From Asterionella formosa (Eukaryota), in the NCBI GenBank assembly GCA_002256025.1, contig NKIB01014181.1, forward strand, positions 1-46,508: DNA of 46,508 nt. The letters run 5' to 3'. Within the stretch, counting starts at the first letter, position 1. Every line of letters starts with the position of its first letter. Positions 34,755-46,242 of the stretch are shown here, one piece after another. The notes under the pieces are model-generated. The model ran no database searches, was not told where the DNA came from, and saw only the letters and a program-made list of their open reading frames with translations. A program made the position numbers and the translations under genes.

Positions 34755-37700
34755 ATGGATCGAGTGGCGGCAATGCTAATCCTGTTGGGAGTGCTCGTGG
34801 TACGTTTTAGTGTGGTGTGAAACCCCGCCATGAACAGGCAACTGTAACATGAATGCATTTCCATGGCATGCCTGTGTGAAGCAATGCCTTCTCATACTTT
34901 CTTCCTTCCGTCCTTGCTCACGCACAGAGCACGGTTCTCATGATCTTGGCACTCTTCGCCGTCGCTCCGGTCTTTTGCTCGTGTCTCGTCTCCCTCCTGT
35001 ACACACTCTACCTGTTCCTCGCCAATGAAGAACACGGTGTGCACCACGCACAGGAGTTTGAGAACAGATTCTGGACCATTTTTGCTTTATTATTCTCCAC
35101 GGCACTCTTTTTTGCGAAGGACTCGCCCATTGCCTTTGGTCGTTGGTCGCCGTCCGCCGGATTCTTTGGGGTCATCGCCATGGGCTATGCCATGCACATG
35201 TGGGATCGACACTTGCATAGAGTGGCCATTTCGAGGCAAGTTTCCATTTCCTTACGGAGGAATTCAACCGCGACGGCATCGCTCAATCGACTGCAAGCAT
35301 TGGGCATTCCAGTGGAGGACCAGCTTGCTAAAATACACTCGTGTTTGGCGGACATTGATCAACTGTTGATTCCATCGACGATTAATAATTTTATCAACCA
35401 ACGATTCATTTTAACAAAGGAAAGAGAAATTATTAACATTTTTGAAGAATGTGACGCACGGGCGCTCAACTTTTTAATATCGCACGTTAAGCTGGGACTC
35501 TTGTTCTACAAAATTAAGGATCATAGGAACTTTTCGGGGCAGCATCGGACAGAACTCATTCAACTACTGGCCATGGACCGTCTTCCGACTCTGACTGTCA
35601 TGTCGAGAGTGATTGTTTTGCATGCGCTGCAATTGATGAAATTGAGAGCTACTCCCAGGGCAGAGTATTGGGTTAGAAATGTAATACTCAATACACATCA
35701 AGACGACCTTTCGGAACTTAAAACATTGACGGACGCGAAAGGGGATTACTTTTCCATGAATAAACTCATTTATAATGACATTGGGTCCGAGACGATACGC
35801 CAGGATATCCTGAGACACATTCGGAAAGAAGCTGGTGTGCAGCACGCGCACATGCAAATGAACACCAAAAAAGCCAAATTGCGACAACATCAGGCGTGGA
35901 GGAAGGTTTTGTCTGATGTAGACGATACCTTGTCAGGCAGTGGTGGTTCCTATCCAGCAGGGATTGCTAAGAGATATAGCAAGAAAGTTGTGTATCCTGG
36001 TGTTCTGGCTTTTTATCGGGAGCTGGATTTGGGAACCAAAGGACCTGACGAATGGCCAGAACATCGCGTTGGAAATCTGGTGTTCCTTTCTGCACGTCCT
36101 CATGTATACAAGGATGTCAGTGAGAAGATCAACTTTGCAAAGTTCGAACAGCTGAGAAATGCTTCGAATGGTAGAAAAGGAATGCACACTGTGCCGTCGC
36201 TCCTCGCTGGTGATATTGCATCTGGAACGGAGTACATGATGACCAATGACATGGAGCCCCTTGCATTGAAGAAGTTCAACAACTTTAAGCAGTATGTTTC
36301 GATATATCCAGAATATTACCATGTTTTTGTGTGTGACAATGGCCAAGGAGATGTGAGAGCTGGAGAATTAATGTATGATTCTTTTCCGAACGAATTTGAG
36401 GCCATGTATGTTCATGTTGTCAAAGACGTGTCCAAAACCCACGGCTACTCGCCACAACGATGGTTAAAAAAGGGTTTTAAGCCCTGTTTCTTTCGGACGT
36501 ATCCAGAAGCTGCGCTAGATGCTTTCTTGAGAGACCCGCCGCTCATCAGAATCGGAGGTCTGCATCGAGTCTGTCAGGATGCCGCGAACGATTTCCAACA
36601 GATTACGAAGTGGCCGACTACACAACACCAAAGGGAGCGTCGACGAGAGCTCAATCAGGCAATTTGGAGTGCCAACAAAGTTCTTGCCTTTCATCAAGTT
36701 GATACTGTTCCTCTCCTCGAATTTGAGCCGTTGTGGAAAGTTGGTGAGAAAGTTCGGACACCCTATGGGTCTGCACGAGTTGTGGGTTTTGATGCAGTGA
36801 CTGATTTATATGATGTATTGCTGGATTGGCGCCCATTGACGAAACAATTAGAAGAGCATATACGAGAGGAAAAGGATAACAAAGAGAAACAAGCATCGAC
36901 AAAGAAGATAAGCAGGAGACCATCGATGTCTTCGGATCAAGTTCCGAAGCTCCTTGCGACAGTCGTGGAGACAGAAGAATCCGAAGAAGATGGCAATGAT
37001 GAGAAGAAATTGACCAGCCGGACTGAAAACGCGAAAAATGTCGATACCAGTCTTCCTACAGTAAATGGCGGCAACCAATCAATGCACCTTGTTGTGGGCA
37101 AGGAGGACGATGCTGCTATTCCATGTGCTTTGAATTCTACTGCCGAAATACTACAAGAAGGGGACAGAGATTTTCCAGCATCAGGTGAAGACTACGCTTA
37201 CTTATTAACAAAGGCACGTATCCAAGGCCGTGACATTTCCAAGTACATTCCTCCAGTTTTACCAAAGGTTGTCGAGAAACGAGGCAAGGCATTATTTACG
37301 TTTTGGAACGCCGAAGTCCCTAAGAAAGTTGCTTTCAAACCCGGTGATCAATGCGAAACGCCATATGGTGTTGGTATTATTGAAAAGCACAGAGAAAAGC
37401 GCGGCATTGTCGTTGTTAAGATGGTGGGATGGGAAGCTCGAGCGTTTCTTCAAGAGAAAGATGTAAAAATTGTTGTATTACCGCGAGCATGGTCACTTTT
37501 ACGGCAATTCACTGCCCCTGAAGCCGAAAAGCCATTGGTGTTTCCGTATGCAGAAGGCACAAGTATTAAGACCCCATTTGGGAAGGCTATTGTTTCGAAG
37601 CCTCTACAAGTCCCTATTGCAGATGTTGAAACTCTAAAGACATCGAAAGGTTCGAGCAAGCAATCACCTGCTGCTACACAAAAAGCAAAACCAGACACAA

Positions 37701-38584
37701 TTGGACTTAGTCTCATAAGTTGGACTCTCGCTGACAAAAGTCACCCAATGATCTACTGCACTGTCGAGACTGCCAGAAAATGGAAGGAAAGTAAGGAGCA
37801 GCAGAAGCAAGGTGATGGTATTTTCAAATCTCTTGGATCGTTTGTGTCGAAACGATTTGGCTCTCTCGGCGGTACAAGTGACAAAACAACGGAAAAAGCA
37901 CCAGTATCTGTGAAGAAAAGCATTGTTGCCACACCAAGGTTCACCCAATACTACAAAGATGGTGCAGCGATTACCACATCCTACGGGCATGGAGTGGTCC
38001 GTATGTTCCGCGTCGAGGATGGGTTTTATGAGATTTCTCTCTCGACATGGACACTTGCCAATGGGTCACACCCATTTGCCATTCTCCGAAAGGATGAAAT
38101 AAGCCACCGGATTGCGAAAGGATGCCATGAGGGATACTCAGTATTGACGACGTTGGGTTTGTCTGGTACTTTGGCTTCGGTGGAGCCAACTACTGGAGTT
38201 CACATTGTCACAATTCCATCAGCAGGCATGGTATGCTACCTCCAACCCGATAGCGTTGTTCGTCCCTTGAAAGCCGCTGTTGGGGAGGATGTCTTGACAG
38301 CGTACGGCGAGGGAAAAGTGGTACGATACAACTTGGCCGAGAATATGTATTGCATCAAACTTTCTGGTTGGGGTGCCATGTTGTATGCCAAGGCCGAAAC
38401 TTTTGATAGAGTAGGTGACGGTATGCAAGATCGCAGTCAATTTGGCATGAATTGGTTGCTCCGTTTCTTCTTTTCAGGATCGGGAAGTACCAAGCCCGAA
38501 AGCACTAGAAGTCGAAGCAATAGCATTGTCAGTCTTGGGAGAAGCACAAGTGGACGAAGCCAGAGTGGGATGAGCCTCACATAA
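34755..38584 (+). CDS. Membrane protein with App1-like (HAD) phosphatidate-phosphatase domain and C-terminal GxxVxTPYG repeats; exons 34755..34799 and 34928..38584
   Basis: N-terminal TM helices, then SDVDDT, YPGVLAFYREL, FLSARP and K...YP....FVCDNGQGD, followed by six TxYG-type repeats. A phase-0 GTACGT..CAG intron adds MDRVAAMLILLGVLV. Confidence 0.75.
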
Positions 38585-38643
38585 ATTTTGTAGAATATAG
38601 ACATAGAGCACCGTTTTGTACAAATTTTTATTTCTTGCTTCGT

Positions 38644-40020
38644 TCAGTTATTCTTGTTTTTGTTGGAAGGAACAGCTGACGATGACACAGTTGCCGGAAG
38701 AAACGGATCAAGAGGGACGAATGGGATAGGAAGAAGAAGAGCCACAACGTTTGTACCGAGCACCTGCTGAGCGTTTTCCCATGGTCCTTGGTCAAATGGA
38801 TTTTTGGGGCGTTCGAACAATGCCGGCGTTGATGGTCGGTTGAAGAATCGGTCCATGGCAGTGCGATTCAAATCGAACAACATTAGTTTGTGTTCTAGTG
38901 TTGTCCGACCTGTCCAAATATACATGACATGAAATCCCCAGAATCCAGTCAAAATCATGCCAACACCAAAGAGGAGTGGATATACCATCTTGACCACGAC
39001 GGCAGGCTCGATTCCCGAGGTAAAGGCTTGCCGAACCAACGTCCAAGGAGGGGGTATATCTAGAAGACCGGTTTTTTGAGAAAAAAATATTTTAAATCCA
39101 TACCGTTTCAACTGATCCTTCAATTCTTCATAAAACGGCATGGCTAGCATGATAGCTCCATACCAACAGCCGATCATTAGGAATGTCAATGCCAAAAAGA
39201 ATGCCCGATAATTGTAGTATCCGATACAGTTGTTCACCCATGGACAATGATGATCCATATGAAGAATACATCTATTGCATTGACTGCAATGATGTGCTCT
39301 TGGTGGTCGCCTTATTTGGCACTTTGCACAAAACGTAGACAATGTGCTTGGGAACTCGTTTGAAATGGTGGTTGTGCCCACATTGTCATTTAGCACTCCG
39401 TAGGCAGCGACCCGTTTCTTTTCCAAATCCACGTCTATCGAAGCGTTGATTCCACAACACCCCCCTTGACCATTTATAGATTTCCATTGTGGTTTGTCCA
39501 CGAATCGGCGCAGACTGTTCGTCGTGTTGGATGTGGAGTGGATCTCACAACAACCAGCAGTTTCACAACCTAAAGGTACATGGCTGTCTGGTATACAAAC
39601 TCCAGGTGATTGAAAGATCGCATGTATGTAATGAAACAAGATCATGGTTCCTAAATAAATGACAGTGGCCGTATGCACAAGATCCCAATGACAGGTAGAA
39701 GCCGCCTCATGGTTACTAGTTCTGGTACACCATCGCGTCCGAAAAAAGGCACGAAGAGTGCCAAAGTATGCTGCCAAGACGAATATAATCAAAGCTAACG
39801 CCACTCCAGGAAAGACAGGCCGCCAAATCTTGGCGAGCTGATATTTTTGCACCACATGCACGAGTCCAGTTTGTACATAAAGGTAGCGGATTCGTGCTGA
39901 AGCCAGTTTGTGCACCCAGGAAAAGGCATCAAAGGGCTCTGGCGCTCGTAACGCTCGATTGAAGTCGTTCCAAGTTTGGCTCCACTCGATGACATGATAT
40001 GGCATCTTATCTGTAGTCAT
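38644..40020 (-). CDS. DHHC-family protein S-palmitoyltransferase
   Basis: [48 protein letters not shown] and NPFDQG motifs, with four TM helices. Confidence 0.95.
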   Translation of the reverse strand: MTTDKMPYHVIEWSQTWNDFNRALRAPEPFDAFSWVHKLASARIRYLYVQTGLVHVVQKYQLAKIWRPVFPGVALALIIFVLAAYFGTLRAFFRTRWCTRTSNHEAASTCHWDLVHTATVIYLGTMILFHYIHAIFQSPGVCIPDSHVPLGCETAGCCEIHSTSNTTNSLRRFVDKPQWKSINGQGGCCGINASIDVDLEKKRVAAYGVLNDNVGTTTISNEFPSTLSTFCAKCQIRRPPRAHHCSQCNRCILHMDHHCPWVNNCIGYYNYRAFFLALTFLMIGCWYGAIMLAMPFYEELKDQLKRYGFKIFFSQKTGLLDIPPPWTLVRQAFTSGIEPAVVVKMVYPLLFGVGMILTGFWGFHVMYIWTGRTTLEHKLMLFDLNRTAMDRFFNRPSTPALFERPKNPFDQGPWENAQQVLGTNVVALLLPIPFVPLDPFLPATVSSSAVPSNKNKNN

Positions 40021-40504
40021 TATGAAAGAGAATGGATGGACTAGCTACCGGTACTAGAATGGAGATCAAGCGAGACACAGTTTCGGATCAAAAATTTGAT
40101 TGTCACATTGTGCGAAAACAAATACAACCTTGAGGAGCTTCTGCCGCTTGGTCATCTTTCAGCGCCATGGTATTTCGTCATACTTGCAATATGTACGTAT
40201 ATGGATACGAACATTTCATTGCTCGCTTGTCTGTCACACAATGTGGCAATGAGAGGAACTCAAAAACCTGATGCTTCCGACACTCTGTCCTGCCACCATA
40301 ACCATACATCACAATATAGCTATCAGCCATGTACAGAAATGTGAAAAAAACCAAATCCAAGTATTTTACACAATACTGTAAATGCTTCTCATTTTGTTGT
40401 GCTCTAAAAACACTCTATGCATCACATACCGGTAGCAATCAAAAGTCCTCCTCTCATATTTAGTTACTTCATTCTTTTATATTGAAAGAATCCAATAAAA
40501 CAGA

Positions 40505-42256
40505 ATGGGAAAGAAAGACAAGAAGCGCAAGCAGAAGACGACGCAAGTCATCAACACCTCGTCGGTCACACCCCGAGTTTCACAACAACTTGCCCCTCCG
40601 TTCCACAAAGTGATGATCTCCACAGATACAAATTCACTAGCCTCATTACTCAAACGACATCGTGGAACAGCTCAATCGACGCCGTTGCCACCAGAATGGA
40701 CTGGACCTACCAACAAGCCTTTCTTAACTCCCTCGGATGGAGTAGACTTTACAAGTTGCCTTCAACAATGTTATCGAGGATTTTATTGGGAAGACCCAAA
40801 AGACTTGCCATTGTCATTACATTCAAAATTCGAAACTACCTTTGACGCATTGCAGAACTCGGGCTTGTTCCTATACGATGCGGTACAACCTGGGGGCAAG
40901 AAGGTGTCGAAAACCTTTGTCAAGAGAACGCTGATTGGAAAGCCAGGATCGACATACCGATACCTTGGTTTGAGATTGTTTTCGCATCCATGGTGTTCTG
41001 TATCGAGCGATGGGGATGATGCCAAAGAACAAGACGCTAGCTCGTTGCAACAACTCGGGTATACACAATCATGTGCGGAGGCCCTGTTTGAAATGGGGAT
41101 ATTGAATCAACTATTGGTGGATCGAACACAACGTATGTTGCATCAACACATTGTCCCACATGTGAAAGGAGGATTGGTTGGGCCTGCAGATTTTACATTG
41201 ACACTTGTGAATAGAATGGAGCCAACCACTGTCAAACGAGACCTCAAGAAGGAAACCACGTACGGGATGGGAAAGACAAGTGTCAGTTGGCATAAAGATT
41301 CTGGATTGACAGATTTTAGCTCCATTGCTGTGTATCATACACTGAAGAAATTGGACGAAGGTGATGATAATAACGAGCAATCATCAGATGAATGGCGAGC
41401 GGCCCTTCGAGTCGCATCATCCGCCAATTCTAACAATACACCACCGTTGGCAGTTCCACTTCCCAGTGGAGCACTGTACTACCTATTGGATGATTTTAAT
41501 CATAACCACGAGCATGCAGTGCTTGCTGGTGGGAATCAGTTGAGGTACAGTTCCACTCATAGAGTGGCAAGAGAAGGACGCGGCACTTGGCAGTACATTC
41601 GAGACAAGTGCAAAGCTGTTCTGGTGCAAGCCAAGACAGCAACAGTGGCTGCAAACAAACACGAGCTTATTAAGAATTCACGCGCACAACAACAACTCTT
41701 GACAGAAATTGAATTTGAATGGCTGCGACAGTGGTATATTCAAGGACCCCTTCATGCAGCCCTGCATGTGTACTGGCACAAGCCAATCGCACTGCTAGAA
41801 CAATACTACCAACAGTTAGAATCATTTGCTTCTGAGACTCTTGAGCTGTTGCAACGCTCATCGATTGTTGACACCGAGAGTTTTGCCAGTGAAGCACTCT
41901 TTGACATATTCATTGAAAGCTTCGAGGAGCGTTGGAAGGCCAGAGAGGCATGGAGCGAACGACTTGCTGATCCAATTTTTGATAGCTTGCCTCTAAACAC
42001 TAAACCCATTCAAGGTCAAGTGTTCCGGCAGTCAGAAAGCAGACATATGTTGTTAGATAATGTCAAACTTGGTGTCCATGAGCTCCGAATGTGGCGAAAA
42101 CACTTTGTCAGTAAGAACCAAACAAGAGACAAAATGGGAACTTCGAATGTAAGGGCAGATCTGACCAAAAAGGAGAAGCGAAAGGTTGCATCAAACTGGG
42201 AGCAAATGAAGAAAACAATCGGCAAAACAGTCAAGAAGAGCAAGCCATCAAAGTAA
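40505..42256 (+). CDS. FTO: Alpha-ketoglutarate-dependent dioxygenase FTO homologue (nucleic-acid demethylase family)
   Basis: Motifs KRTLIGKPGSTYRYLGLRLF, YGMGKTSVSWHKD, SSIAVY and HAVLAG...RYSSTHRVA, plus the C-terminal domain motif EIEFEWLRQWYIQG. Confidence 0.92.
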   Translation: MGKKDKKRKQKTTQVINTSSVTPRVSQQLAPPFHKVMISTDTNSLASLLKRHRGTAQSTPLPPEWTGPTNKPFLTPSDGVDFTSCLQQCYRGFYWEDPKDLPLSLHSKFETTFDALQNSGLFLYDAVQPGGKKVSKTFVKRTLIGKPGSTYRYLGLRLFSHPWCSVSSDGDDAKEQDASSLQQLGYTQSCAEALFEMGILNQLLVDRTQRMLHQHIVPHVKGGLVGPADFTLTLVNRMEPTTVKRDLKKETTYGMGKTSVSWHKDSGLTDFSSIAVYHTLKKLDEGDDNNEQSSDEWRAALRVASSANSNNTPPLAVPLPSGALYYLLDDFNHNHEHAVLAGGNQLRYSSTHRVAREGRGTWQYIRDKCKAVLVQAKTATVAANKHELIKNSRAQQQLLTEIEFEWLRQWYIQGPLHAALHVYWHKPIALLEQYYQQLESFASETLELLQRSSIVDTESFASEALFDIFIESFEERWKAREAWSERLADPIFDSLPLNTKPIQGQVFRQSESRHMLLDNVKLGVHELRMWRKHFVSKNQTRDKMGTSNVRADLTKKEKRKVASNWEQMKKTIGKTVKKSKPSK

Positions 42257-43261
42257 CTTGTCAAGTAGTTCAACTTTCTCTGGTTCAATAGATCACATCT
42301 TCTTTGTAGAAAGAATCCAAACATCCACCTAGTAGGAGTACATGAAAGGTTTTAGACTTAATGTTTATTCAGTAAGTTGTAATCTTTGATCAATGGAACC
42401 ATTAAAGACTTGGGATCATGTCAACATTCTTGATTCTAATTTGATTCTTTTTGAATTCAAAGTGAGTGAACTATCTAACTATTGCAGTAAGATTATTTGA
42501 TAAGTATGTGAGCTTAGTAGGTAGTGAGTAAACCTTGCCAAGAGAATACAAAGGTATTCAATAGGTCATGGACCAGTACATCGAGTTCTGATAAAGCTGA
42601 CGTAACCTTAACCATGACGGTCATTACGATGTCGTTGTTGCGAGGGATCATGAGCCGTCAAATCTGCCTTTTTGTACGGCTACCAGGGACGGTACGGGGT
42701 ACTAGGTGCCTGACCTCTACGTATTTTATACCTCCTACCAGGGTAGAGTACTGGTACCTGGTACCACCAGGTACCACATCATCCGATAATCCTCTTCTTG
42801 TCGTCGTTCTCACAGTATGTACTATGTACTACGGCCGGTACCAGGGTACCAGGTTACAGGTACTAATTTTACAAGTGCCGAAGCAAAGAACCTCCTTTCT
42901 TACTGCATATTATCGCTGGAAGCACTCCGCCTAGCTCGCGACTGCAGATATGACGATCCAAAAGGAGTACCTATTTACATAGAAAGACTGCGTGAAGTAT
43001 CTGCTGGTACTTCTGCGCGGTAATCCAATCATAAAATACAAATGCACATAAAGCACACATACGAGTGCTTTATGTATGTGTCTTTGGTTAGTACGGTATT
43101 TAGTATAAATACCGCTTTGTTATCTGTAAGAAAACATGGTGATCTCCTCCTTCCGTACGTTTACACAGATCATTCCAAAAAGTCTATCGAGACACTTTTT
43201 GTTACAACCTAACAAGCGCACAAACATCACAGCTTATTGTATCACAACAAAAGAAATCACA

Positions 43262-44788
43262 ATGAGCGCCAATCCTCACTCTGTCGTCCACGCAACGAAT
43301 TATGTCGATCCTGAGAATGAGAAGGCACACAAGAAGGAAGGTCCTGCCAAGAACGTGGTGAGAACGACTATGCGCCATGATCAAAGCTGCTTGTTTTCGA
43401 CAAATGGAGTCATTTTGTCAAATAGCAACCCGGATATCGGTATTTTGACTCTCTGCATTCGGCATGAAACGCCGCAAAGGAAATAGACTTACTTCCATCG
43501 CGACGGCGACACTGTTCAACAATATGAATGCTAACCCTCATGATGCTAACTCACCTGCTCTGCCAAAAAAACTCGACAGGCCTCCGGTTTGGGAGTACAG
43601 TTCCAGAAGATGCGCCGTCGTCTCACCGTAACAGGTGCTAGCGAAACGATTGATGGGGTATCCAAGATGACTGTTTCTGAACCCGAGCAAGAAGCTCCCG
43701 AAGGTGCCAAGGTAAGCGTGTCTGTCGAAATAATATAGGATGCAGCTCTGATTTGAAATCTTACTGTCATTCTCCGTTGTTTTAGTTCCAAGCTGATATT
43801 CGCTGCGCCGTCACCGAATATTCAGGCATTTCCAAGAAAGGACATGCACCTTACAACCCCAGAAAGAAGAACCAGGATGCCTTGGTCATGGCTGATGATC
43901 CTGCCACCAACACGTTAGTGCTGTGTGTCCTTGATGGACATGGTGAACATGGTGACGCTGTCTCGCAGGCTTTCAGGGAGCAGTTGACCGCTGAAATGTT
44001 CAACCACCCTACATGGACTACTGATTTAAAGAAGGCGTCTAGTGATTCCATTGCCAAGATCGAACACAGTGTTATTCGTAATTTCAGAATCGATACAGAG
44101 TTCAGTGGAACAACTCTGTCGATGGCCATCATCCGTGGCAACCACTTGACAGGTGTTAACATTGGTGACTCTCGTGTCATCTTGGCCCAGGAAGACGACA
44201 ATGGAACACTCGTTGCTGTGGACATTACCTTTGATCACAAGCCCGACTCTCCCAAGGAAAAGGAACGTATTCTTGCATGTGGTGGGCGCGTTTTTGCTGT
44301 TGAATATGATGATGGTATTGATGGTCCTCCCCGTGTCTGGCTTGGTCACATGGATGTTCCTGGTCTTGCCATGTCAAGGTATGAAATTGTATTTTCATTG
44401 GTTTTCTTCTTATGCTTTGATTGGTTGTCTTGAATATTCTGCAGTGAATTGCTGATTCGTGTCATGCTAACTATTTTTAAATGTCTTGCTTTTGTGTAGA
44501 TCTCTTGGAGATGCTGTTGCCCACACTGCTGGAGTTACTTCAGATCCTGAGTTCACAGAGCGTGAGCTTAACCCACTAACTGACAAGTTCCTTGTCGTTG
44601 CCACTGATGGGCTTTGGGAATTTGTTGACAATGCCGAGACTATTGCCATGGCTAAATCACAAACTGGACCCACTGAGGCTGTTGATGTCATGGTTAAAGA
44701 ATCCAGCATGAGGTGGATGAGAGAGGAGCAGGTTATTGATGACACAACAATTATTGTCGCCAATCTGTTCAACTACAAGGCCAAGTAA
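43262..44788 (+). CDS. PP2C (PPM-type) protein phosphatase; exons 43262..43357, 43580..43711, 43786..44378, 44500..44788
   Basis: Motifs NQD, DGHG, SGTT, NIGDSR, DHKP, GLAMSR|SLGD, ATDGLWE and DDTT. Three GT-AG introns keep the frame. Confidence 0.93.
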
Positions 44789-45041
44789 GGAACCATATTT
44801 GCTACTATTCTATTGTGTCTGGGACATGAAGACCTTTCCCAGAAAATCCATACTCCGTTGGTATGGCTTGGTCAAATTACAACAACGATAAACTTGTTTA
44901 GAACACATGTTTTGAACTAGTTACATGTCTGTTACAACATTTTACATCCATGATTAGGAATGAATTGAGACAGAAAGATGGATGAAACTAAAATCTTGCG
45001 GCCCGCCTTCATGCAAGTTGACATACGCGGATGGGAGAGGC

Positions 45042-45335
45042 TCACTGCTTCGGCTTTGGACGGGTTGTCATGGGGGCTTGCTGCTCTACATAGGATTTAT
45101 CGTCGGGATCATACCACTCTCGATAGTCCACCTTTTCTGCCAGTTTCGCTTGTTCCACATGTTTCGACTGAAGTGCCTCGACATACTCTTTCTGTGGATG
45201 TTGCCTCTTGTCCTTATCCCTGTATCCGACATAGGCCTTGGTACTGAGTTGATACGCCTGAAAGCCGAATACACTAAATAGTCCCAAAACTACTCCTTTG
45301 TGCGCCACGTCTGCAGCTTTTTGAAATATGGTCAT
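45042..45335 (-). CDS. Small single-TM protein, cytochrome c oxidase assembly factor COX14-like
   Basis: MTIFQKAADVAHKGVVLGLFSVFGFQAYQL matches the Cox14 pattern of D-x-x-H/Y-K/R followed by a TM helix. The protein is 97 aa from ATG 45335. Confidence 0.6.
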   Translation of the reverse strand: MTIFQKAADVAHKGVVLGLFSVFGFQAYQLSTKAYVGYRDKDKRQHPQKEYVEALQSKHVEQAKLAEKVDYREWYDPDDKSYVEQQAPMTTRPKPKQ

Positions 45336-46242
45336 GATTGTGTTTCGTGCAAAAGGATAGATGAATTCGTGCTCAATCAATAATGTGGCAGTGATGGCAG
45401 ATGAAGGTCTTTGCTCTGGCGTTTGAGAAATGTCGGGAAATGTTAAAAGACGACTAGCATGTGTGATACTAGAGTCTACTTCATGTACCGGTACAAGGTA
45501 GCTGGTACCGGTATTGTTGCTTTTTGTGTTTACTGCCGCCGTGTATTGGTATTGGTACTACCGGTAGCCTTTTTCCACTAGACTACCGGGACCCCTGGTA
45601 TCCAGTACAAGGGACCACTGATATTAGCTGATGCAATCATACTACAACATGCATTATTTGTAAATAAAATTACGCGTTTCACTACCAGGTACTAGAGGTA
45701 CTTTATGTCTCACCACATGCCATGGGTAGTACCAGGTACCTGGTACCTGGTACATACTGGCAAAGAAGAAGCAACGATGATGTTGATGATGATGTGGTTG
45801 CTGATGGCATCGAAACTGTCCACAACATGATAAGCTAAGAAGCTATTACAGTACCAGATACCCGGATATGTAGCTATACATACCCCGCATGACTGCTAAG
45901 TACGTTTGCTTCGCTCAATCATACATAACTACCTGTATGTCTGATCCTCGAACTGTTATCCGTACATGTGTATACCGGTACAGCACGTACCGGTAGTCTG
46001 GCTGAGCAATAAAAACCTACATACAGAGCGAGTATATGCCGGTATACTTTACTGTACCATTATTGTTGTAGCAAATGACCCGACATCATGTACATACCAT
46101 GCTTTTATTCTTTTCAAAATACCGGTACCGGGGTATTATAAAATTCGACTCGACATCCTGGTTTACGTAGAACGAAGACAATAATGAAATGAAGCTACAT
46201 ATGTACTGGCAGTAAGTACTGGTCAATGAAAATTTCACAAAT

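Larger units (their letters stand above)
9018..46127. promoter_or_regulatory. Dispersed palindromic motif TACCGGTA, 19 exact copies counted by eye, all outside the coding regions called here
   Basis: Copies start at 9018, 9066, 9176, 13948, 14207, 22637, 22776, 25812, 33769, 33799, 33905, 40046, 40427, 45486, 45506, 45559, 45973, 45988 and 46120. A regulatory role is inference. Confidence 0.55.

Noticed and set aside
12284..40020. Lipid-metabolism gene cluster (lipases, App1-like PAP, DHHC)
   Set aside because: The genes are separated by unrelated housekeeping genes, and nothing in the sequence supports co-regulation.
42524..43023. ORFs 42524..42934 and 42817..43023
   Set aside because: They are translations of the GGTACC-rich low-complexity tract and are not protein-like.
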